64,000 nt of DNA from an uncultured Bacilli bacterium (GTDB lineage: Bacteria > Bacillota_I > Bacilli_A > RFN20 > CAG-826), in contig CALVUI010000002.1 in NCBI GenBank assembly GCA_944363565.1, forward strand, positions 206,408-270,407. Direction: 5' to 3'. Under the pieces are notes generated by a model. That model did not search any database. It was not told the DNA's origin and worked only from the letters and a program-made list of their open reading frames with translations. Shown one piece after another: positions 54,587 to 64,000 of the stretch. Position 1 is the stretch's first letter; every line of letters starts with the position of its first letter. The position numbers and the translations under genes are program-made.

Positions 54587-56232
54587 TATCTATACCTTCT
54601 TTCCTTTTTCTTTTTGTCTTGTTTGGCGATGACGGCCTGGGTAATGGCAGTCTGGACCATGGAGATGAGGGCCCCGATGAACCAGTAGACCGCCATGGCG
54701 GAAGGCAGGAAGAAGCCCATGATGATGGTGAAAACCATCATCCCGTACATCACCCACTTCATGGTCTTGGTGTTCTTGTCCTGGGCCGGGTTCTTGGTCA
54801 GACGCGCCACCTTCCTCAGACGCTTCTTGTTGATCCACTGAGGGAGCAGCATCGAGACGATCTGGGCGGCCGCCATGAATATGAAGAGGACCAAAGCCGT
54901 CCACCAACCGGTCGAATTCAGGTACCACTCGCCGGTGAAGTTGAAGAAGACGGTGCTGATGGTGTCGCTTAGACGGAGATTGAGGACGGCGCCGCTAGAA
55001 AGGACGCTCGAACCCTGGAAGGCACCCCAGACGCAGAGGAAGAGGGGGAATTGGACCACCAAGACCAGCATCGAGGAGAAGGGATGGATCTTGTTTCGTT
55101 TGTATAGGGCCATCTGCTCCTGGGCCAGCCTTTGCTGCTGGGCCTGGTTGGTATTGCTATTGGGATACTTGGCCTGGAGCTTGGCCAGCTGTGGCTGGAG
55201 AGCCTGCATCTTCTGCTGGCTGATCGTCGAACGGAAGCTGACCAAAACCATGAAGGCCCGGACGATCAAAGTCACCAAACAGAGGGCGATGATCTGCGGA
55301 ACCCCGGTCATGGCCGGGTCGATGGCATAGGCGATGGTGTCGGTGAGCCAGGCGATGGGGAAGACCAAAAGGCCTTCAAAGAAGCCTTTCTGCCAGGCAT
55401 AGCCCCAATCTTTGCCCTCGATGGCGACGTCCCATTCGTTGTCGGGACCGTAGTGGCCGTAATTGCCATCCTGGGTGGCAATGCAGCTACGGGCGGCCGC
55501 GATCTTGTTGAGGGCTTGGGTCTTGTAACTATTCTCGAAGTCGGCACTCGGGCAGTTGAGGTAGCCTAGCCCCGGTTCGGTCGAAAGACGGGCCTCGTCG
55601 GTCCAGGCATCGAAATAAGCCCAGAGGGCTTCGTTGCCCTCGGGACCCCAGTATTTGAGATGGCCGAACTCACGAAGGGCGGCGGCATCGATGGGTTTGA
55701 TGGTCGTCTGGTTGCCCTCTTCGTCGACGTTGTAGGCGTTGACGTATTCCGCGGTGATGTTGAGGCGGGAGAGTGGTTCCCCATCGATGAGGATCTCTTC
55801 GTTCTTCTCGGTTTCGGGATTGTCTTCCGAATGGGCCTCGATGAAGGCATCGACCGCGACTTCGACCGTCTTCTGGTCGATGAAGGCGAAGTAGGTGTCG
55901 CTGGGGATCTGCTGGCCGTTGCTGGCGGCGGCCGCGAGGACCGTATCGCGGAGGAAGGCGGCGCCGGGGGCGCTGAAGTTACCGTTGTCGTCCTTCGGGA
56001 TATAGCCATAAAGGACGTCGTTGCCTTCGAAGATCTGGAAGGCGCTGTCGGCATAGGCCTCGGGAATGTCTTCCTTGTCGCAATAGACCGTGACCCCTTG
56101 GTCATAGGGGTAGAGCATGTTGGCCTGGTCGGCCGGACTGCAAAAAGAAGCGGTGCAGCCGCTCAAAAGCAAGAGGCCGCCGAGACCTAAGGCGGCAACT
56201 CCCACTAATTTGGTTGTTTTTTTGTTAGTCAA
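54586..56232 (-). CDS. yidC: membrane protein insertase YidC with lipoprotein-type N-terminus and a large (~330 aa) extracytoplasmic domain
   Basis: Conserved YidC core (NKIHPFSSMLVLVVQFPLFLCVWG) plus basic C-tail KQDKKKKERRYR. Start uncertain: TTG at 56232 (GGAG 9 nt upstream, 8-nt overlap with the rnpA stop) preferred over the table start at 56310. Confidence 0.8.
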   Translation of the reverse strand: MTNKKTTKLVGVAALGLGGLLLLSGCTASFCSPADQANMLYPYDQGVTVYCDKEDIPEAYADSAFQIFEGNDVLYGYIPKDDNGNFSAPGAAFLRDTVLAAAASNGQQIPSDTYFAFIDQKTVEVAVDAFIEAHSEDNPETEKNEEILIDGEPLSRLNITAEYVNAYNVDEEGNQTTIKPIDAAALREFGHLKYWGPEGNEALWAYFDAWTDEARLSTEPGLGYLNCPSADFENSYKTQALNKIAAARSCIATQDGNYGHYGPDNEWDVAIEGKDWGYAWQKGFFEGLLVFPIAWLTDTIAYAIDPAMTGVPQIIALCLVTLIVRAFMVLVSFRSTISQQKMQALQPQLAKLQAKYPNSNTNQAQQQRLAQEQMALYKRNKIHPFSSMLVLVVQFPLFLCVWGAFQGSSVLSSGAVLNLRLSDTISTVFFNFTGEWYLNSTGWWTALVLFIFMAAAQIVSMLLPQWINKKRLRKVARLTKNPAQDKNTKTMKWVMYGMMVFTIIMGFFLPSAMAVYWFIGALISMVQTAITQAVIAKQDKKKKERRYR

Positions 56233-56560
56233 TTCTCTTAGCTCCGATGGCTTCAAGATCCGCGGCCAGTTCCCCTTCGATCGCGGCCCCGGCTTGCGTT
56301 TGGTATTCATAGCGGGCGGTCACGATGAGGTCGATGGGGGTGCCTGGTTCGAGATGGCGGTCGATGGCGGCGCGGATTTGCCTTTTGATGAGGTTGCGGG
56401 TAACGGCGTTCCCGTTTTTCTTCGAGACGCCGACGCCGACCCTGGCCTTCGAGTCGTTGCTCCGGTAATGCAGAAGGAGGTTGGGGCTTTTGAACCTCTT
56501 GCCTTCCTTTCTGATTTCCGCGAACTCCTCGTGGTCGAGAATGCGGTCGGCCTTTTTCAT
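56225..56560 (-). CDS. rnpA: ribonuclease P protein component
   Basis: 111 aa basic protein between rpmH and yidC. Confidence 0.85.
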   Translation of the reverse strand: MKKADRILDHEEFAEIRKEGKRFKSPNLLLHYRSNDSKARVGVGVSKKNGNAVTRNLIKRQIRAAIDRHLEPGTPIDLIVTARYEYQTQAGAAIEGELAADLEAIGAKRID

Positions 56561-56562
56561 CC

Positions 56563-56700
56563 TTAGGCGCTGATGACGGCGCGGCCCTTGGCCCGACGGC
56601 GGGCCAAAACCTTGCGGCCGTTGTGGGTGGCCATCCGGGCGCGGAAGCCGTTGACGTTCTGGTGCTTGAGTTTGGAAGGTTGATACGTTTTCTTGGACAT
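56563..56700 (-). CDS. rpmH: 50S ribosomal protein L34
   Basis: [45 protein letters not shown]; the 96-aa table ORF carries a spurious N-extension. Confidence 0.95.
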   Translation of the reverse strand: MSKKTYQPSKLKHQNVNGFRARMATHNGRKVLARRRAKGRAVISA

Positions 56701-56808
56701 GGTTGATACTCCTGGGTTTAACGTGCGTGCGGGTAGATTATAGGGATTAGAGGCCCCGCCCTCAATAACTTTCGCGCGTATATGCGTGAGAGGGCCCCTG
56801 CCAATGAG

Positions 56809-57046
56809 TTTTCCACAGGCGTGTTGATAAGTTTTCCACATTTTGGTGGACAAACCCGCAACGGACTAGTTGGAAACAGGGCAAAAAATCCTCGAAACAT
56901 TGTGGAGAAAGCGCTTATATTTTGAGTTTTCCACCAAATCGTAAAGGGCTAAAAAGTTATCCACAAGTTATCCACAATGAGCAAGTTGTGGAAAAGTCGA
57001 TTTCCTAGGCCCCGTGGGCACTATCGGGAATCGGCGTTGTGGATAA
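56809..57046. promoter_or_regulatory. oriC part 1: DnaA-box cluster upstream of dnaA
   Basis: Perfect TTATCCACA at 56957-56965 and 56968-56976, perfect TGTGGATAA at 57038-57046, 1-mismatch boxes at 56809, 56832, 56901, 56927, 56987. Confidence 0.85.
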
Positions 57047-57107
57047 ATCAATTTTTACGTTTAAACTCCTCCTACGGAGGTGGAAAAGTGGTATCTTTTG
57101 TCCGCTT

Positions 57108-58466
57108 ATGGATACGACCGTCAGTGCCCTCTCCGCCATCTGGCAGGAAACCCAAAAAAGGATATCCGACAAACTCGGGGACCCTGAGGTCTACGATGCC
57201 TTCTTCTCCTCGGCGCGGCTCGTCAAAACCGACGGCAAGACGGCCTACATCGCCGTCAATTCGGCGGTGGCGGCCCAGGTCCTTTCGAAGTCCTACTCGA
57301 GCTTAGTGGCCGAGATCCTTTCGGAAGTGACCCAAAGCGGCTTCGAAGTCGTCTTCCAGGAGAAATCCGAACTGACGGAAGAAAAGAAAGCGGCCGCCAA
57401 GGAGGGACCGCGGTTCTTCAAGGACGCCATTCTCAATCCGAAATTCACCTTCGAGACCTTTGTCGAGGGGGATTCCAACCGCGACGCCTACCAGGCGGCC
57501 CTGATGGCCGCCAAGGCCCCGGCCGGCCTCTACAACCCCCTCTTCATCTACGGGGGATCGGGCCTTGGAAAGACCCATTTGCTAAGCGCCGTCGGCAATG
57601 CCTACAAGTCCCGTTTTCCGGGCAAAGAAGTCCTTTACGTGACCGCCAACGACTTCTTCGACGAGTACGTCAAATTCGTCGGAGGCGAGCGAAGGGGCGA
57701 CGAATTGCGGGGATTTTTCCGCGATCACGTCGACATGCTCCTCGTCGACGACGTCCAATTCCTCAAGGGAAGGAAGAACACCGAGGAGACCTTCTTCAGC
57801 ATCTTCAACATGCTCATTTCCCTCGGGCGCCAGGTCGTTTTGACCAGTGATACCCATCCTAGCAAGATGGAGGGCTTCTCCTCCCGTCTACTGACCCGTT
57901 TTGCCCAAGGCTTGACCCTCTCGGTCAACCCGCCCGACCAATCGACGGCCGAGAAGATCCTCAGGACCAAGATCGCGGCCTACGGCCTCGACGAAGAGGT
58001 CTTCGATCCGGAGATCATCCCCTTCTTCGCCCGGCGTTTCTCAAGCAACGTCAGGGAACTGGAGGGCCGTTTGGTCCGCCTCATCTTCTTCATGACCAGC
58101 CATCCGGGCGAGAAGATCAGCCTCGAGGAGGCCAAGAAGGCGGTCCAGGACGACATCGAGGCCAAGGAAGAGAAGGACAAGCTCTCGGAAGAGAAGATCG
58201 TCAGCACGGTCGCCGACTATTTCTACCTAAGCGTCTCCCAGATCACCGGGAAGAATAGGACCGGCCAGATCGCCTTGGCCCGCCACATCGCCATGTATCT
58301 GATCAGGAACCTCCTCGACCTTCCCTTTGCCAAAATCGGGGAGTACTTCGGGGGCAAGGACCACGCGACGGTCATGAACGGTGTACAAAAAGTGGAAAAA
58401 ACGTTGAAAACCGATCCGGCCCTCAAGAAGACGATCGCCGCCCTCAAATCCAAGCTGAAAACCTAG
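57108..58466 (+). CDS. dnaA: chromosomal replication initiator DnaA
   Basis: AAA+ GGSGLGKTHLL, box VII, C-terminal DNA-binding domain (ALARHIAMYL); start placed at MDTTVSAL (57108), upstream table start less likely. Confidence 0.9.
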   Translation: MDTTVSALSAIWQETQKRISDKLGDPEVYDAFFSSARLVKTDGKTAYIAVNSAVAAQVLSKSYSSLVAEILSEVTQSGFEVVFQEKSELTEEKKAAAKEGPRFFKDAILNPKFTFETFVEGDSNRDAYQAALMAAKAPAGLYNPLFIYGGSGLGKTHLLSAVGNAYKSRFPGKEVLYVTANDFFDEYVKFVGGERRGDELRGFFRDHVDMLLVDDVQFLKGRKNTEETFFSIFNMLISLGRQVVLTSDTHPSKMEGFSSRLLTRFAQGLTLSVNPPDQSTAEKILRTKIAAYGLDEEVFDPEIIPFFARRFSSNVRELEGRLVRLIFFMTSHPGEKISLEEAKKAVQDDIEAKEEKDKLSEEKIVSTVADYFYLSVSQITGKNRTGQIALARHIAMYLIRNLLDLPFAKIGEYFGGKDHATVMNGVQKVEKTLKTDPALKKTIAALKSKLKT

Positions 58467-58535
58467 GAACCATCGAAAGAAAATCGATATTGTCACAGGA
58501 GGGAAAATGGGTGCTGAAATCAGGACAAAGCCAAG

Positions 58536-58612
58536 TTATCCACAATTTCCACAGACATCATCGTAATCATTATTAAAAGAACAAAATAAAATGAATAAAT
58601 AAAAAGAGGTAA
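58536..58612. promoter_or_regulatory. oriC part 2: DnaA box (TTATCCACA 58536-58544) plus AT-rich DNA unwinding element between dnaA and dnaN
   Basis: 58561-58612 is >80% A+T (ATCGTAATCATTATTAAAAGAACAAAATAAAATGAATAAATAAAAAGAGG). Confidence 0.75.
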
Positions 58613-58617
58613 TCGCC

Positions 58618-59739
58618 ATGCGCCTAACCATCAACAAAGAAGAATTCCTCAAGGGGTTACTGACGGCCGGACACGCCGTCGGACCCAAGTCCAGCAACCC
58701 AGTCCTCATGACCCTGAAGCTCGATATGACAAGCCGGGGCCTCGAGATCACCGGCAGTGACGGCGACGTCGCCATCAAGACCCTGGTTCCCGTCGCCCTC
58801 GGTGAGACCGAGATCATCCGCAACATCGGGGAAGGCGGGGCCCTGGTCGAGGCCAAGAAGCTGATCGAGCTCATCAAGCGCCTCGACACGGCCGAGGTGA
58901 CCCTCGAGGTCATCGACGGGACGACCGCCCGCATCAGCGGCGGCAACAACGTCACCAACCTCCCCTCCATCGAGGTCGACCAATATCCCGACATCGAACT
59001 CGAGGAAGCCCGCGAGGCCTTCGAGATGCCGGTCAAGACCTTGATCGACGTCGTCGACCAGACCTCCTTTGCCGCCCCCATCAAGAACTCGCGTCCGGTT
59101 TTGACCGGGATCAACCTCAGGGCCTCCGGGGGCATGCTGACCGCCACCGCCACCGACTCGGCCCGCCTTTCGAGCAAGATGGTGGCCATCCCCGAAAACG
59201 TCGAATTCACGGCCAACGTCCCCGCCAAGACCCTTTCGGGTCTCGTCAGGATGTTCGAGGGCTACGAAAGCGTCAGGATCAGCTGCTTCCCCGAGAAGAT
59301 CCTCTTCGCCTACGGGAACACCCTGGTCTCCTGCAGCGTCCTCAGCGGCGATTACCCGGTCTCGAGTCGCGTCATCCCCAATACCTTCAACTACTTCCTC
59401 GAGGTCAATGCCTTGGAGCTACTAAGCGCCATCGAGCGCATCAGCGTCCTCAATATCGACCGGACTCCCTTGGTCAAACTGACCATGACCCGGGAACGGG
59501 TCGAGGTTTCGGCCAAGAACGGCCAGGACGGCTACGCCGCCGAGTGCCTCGAGACGTTCCAGTACACCGGGGAGAGATTGGAGATCAACTTCAACTCCTC
59601 CTACGTGGCCGATGCCATCAAGGCCGTGCGCTCCCAAGACGTCCTCATTTCCTTCGTGGCCGAGATGAAACCCTTCGTCATCAAGTCGCCCAAGGACGAC
59701 TCGGTCATCGAACTGGTGACCCCGATGCGGACCCGCTAA
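58618..59739 (+). CDS. dnaN: DNA polymerase III beta sliding clamp
   Basis: 373 aa; MRLTINKEEFLKGL N-terminus. Confidence 0.95.
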   Translation: MRLTINKEEFLKGLLTAGHAVGPKSSNPVLMTLKLDMTSRGLEITGSDGDVAIKTLVPVALGETEIIRNIGEGGALVEAKKLIELIKRLDTAEVTLEVIDGTTARISGGNNVTNLPSIEVDQYPDIELEEAREAFEMPVKTLIDVVDQTSFAAPIKNSRPVLTGINLRASGGMLTATATDSARLSSKMVAIPENVEFTANVPAKTLSGLVRMFEGYESVRISCFPEKILFAYGNTLVSCSVLSGDYPVSSRVIPNTFNYFLEVNALELLSAIERISVLNIDRTPLVKLTMTRERVEVSAKNGQDGYAAECLETFQYTGERLEINFNSSYVADAIKAVRSQDVLISFVAEMKPFVIKSPKDDSVIELVTPMRTR

Positions 59740-59764
59740 GGCAAAAGCCCAAAAACCCCTCTAG

Positions 59765-59791
59765 AAAGCGCCGAAAGGCGTTTTCTTTTTT
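59765..59791 (+). terminator. rho-independent terminator after dnaN
   Basis: GCGCC-GAAA-GGCG stem followed by TTTTCTTTTTT. Confidence 0.55.
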
Positions 59792-59815
59792 ACTACGTAG
59801 TAGTAAACTATCCGC

Positions 59816-60036
59816 ATGGAAAAACAGGTCAGGGAGGTCGCCATCAATAGCGACTACATCACCCTCGGACAGCTGTTGAAGTTTCTCGATCTCGTGAGCA
59901 CCGGCGGGGAGGCCAAGGCCTATCTCGCGGATCACGAAATCAAAATCAACGGGGAGAAAGAGGATCGGCGGGGAAGAAAACTTAGACCCGGCGACGAGGT
60001 GGTCCTGGTAGAGGGAACCTTCCGCCTGATATCCAA

Positions 60037-60040
<4 letters not shown>
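59816..60040 (+). CDS. yaaA: S4-domain RNA-binding protein YaaA
   Basis: 74 aa between dnaN and recF (Bacillus yaaA position); 4-nt overlap with recF. Confidence 0.8.
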
Positions 60041-63137
<3,097 letters not shown>

Positions 63138-63140
63138 TAG

Positions 63141-64000
63141 GAGGCCGTAAATGGAAAACGAAGATTTGAAGAAGACCCCTAAAGGGGAAGAAGAAAAGCA
63201 GGACGACGTCGTCGAAGCGACCGAGGGCATCGTCCCCGGCCTCATCGACCGCGATTTGACCGGGGAAGTCCAGACCGCCTTCCTCAACTACGCGATGTCG
63301 GTCATCGTCTCGCGGGCCCTGCCCGATGCCAGGGACGGTTTCAAGCCGGTCCAACGCCGCATCATCTACGCCATGAACGAATCGGGGATGCAACCCGGTT
63401 CCCCCTACAAGAAGTGCGCCCGCATCGTCGGTGACGTCATGGGTAAATACCACCCCCACGGCGATAGCGCCATCTACATGACCTTGGCCCGTTTGGCCCA
63501 GCCCTTCTCCCTCCGTTACCCTCTTGTCGACGGACACGGGAACTTCGGTTCCATCGACGGGGACGAGCCGGCCGCCATGCGTTACACCGAAGCCAGGATG
63601 AACAAGCTCGCGGTCGAAATGGTCCGCGACATCAACCAGGATACCGTCGACTTCGTCGACAACTACGACGGGACCGAAAAGGAACCGGAGGTCCTGCCTT
63701 CGCGCTTCCCCAATCTTTTGGTCAACGGGGCCGAAGGGATCGCCGTCGGGATGGCCACCAACATGGCCCCCCACAACCTCGGCGAAGCCATCGACGCCGT
63801 CATCGCCTTGGCCAAGAACCCCGAACTCACGCCCTTAGAAATCATGAACGGCTACCTCCACGGGCCCGATTTTCCGACCGGAGGTGTCATTTTGGGCCGC
63901 CAAGGGATCCTCGATGCCTACACAAACGGCACCGGGACCATCACCATCCGTTCCCGTTACCACATCGAGGAAGAGGACAACGGCAAATCGCGGATCATCG
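63141..64000 (+). CDS. gyrA: DNA gyrase subunit A, N-terminal part (continues beyond window)
   Basis: [25 protein letters not shown]...HPHGDSAIY (QRDR region with active-site Tyr context). Confidence 0.95.

Overview
A high-GC (about 58-60%) Bacillota-type chromosomal segment that runs through the replication origin. The right third carries the ori-proximal cluster ispE-rsmA-rnmV-tatD, mnmE-jag-yidC-rnpA-rpmH, then dnaA-dnaN-yaaA-recF-gyrB-gyrA, with DnaA-box clusters upstream of dnaA and between dnaA and dnaN and an AT-rich unwinding element before dnaN. The left end carries rlmH, a yycJ-like MBL hydrolase, dnaB, rplI and gdpP, and further right rpsF-ssb-rpsR and lysS. Between gdpP and rpsR lies a ~5.5-kb low-GC accessory insertion: a truncated vat (streptogramin acetyltransferase) remnant, a frameshifted XRE regulator, a DUF4143-type AAA+ ATPase and a Schlafen/AlbA_2-HATPase protein. 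Three copies of a composite repeat punctuate it, and one of its modules is a duplicate of the rpsR terminator. The middle of the window holds a MarR plus heterodimeric ABC exporter operon, dus, ftsH, tilS, and a carbohydrate-utilisation locus: AraC regulator, GH2 glycosidase, DUF624-like membrane protein with a lone ABC ATPase, three large secreted lipoproteins or membrane-anchored repeat-domain proteins, and a CUT1-type sugar ABC importer. These are followed by mfd, pth, a flavodoxin-like gene, tetR, an FGGY kinase, ppdK and glmU. No rRNA, tRNA or CRISPR array was recognised. The most unusual content is the repeat-structured insertion downstream of rpsR and the lipoprotein / C-terminal-TM-anchored repeat-domain proteins of the sugar locus.
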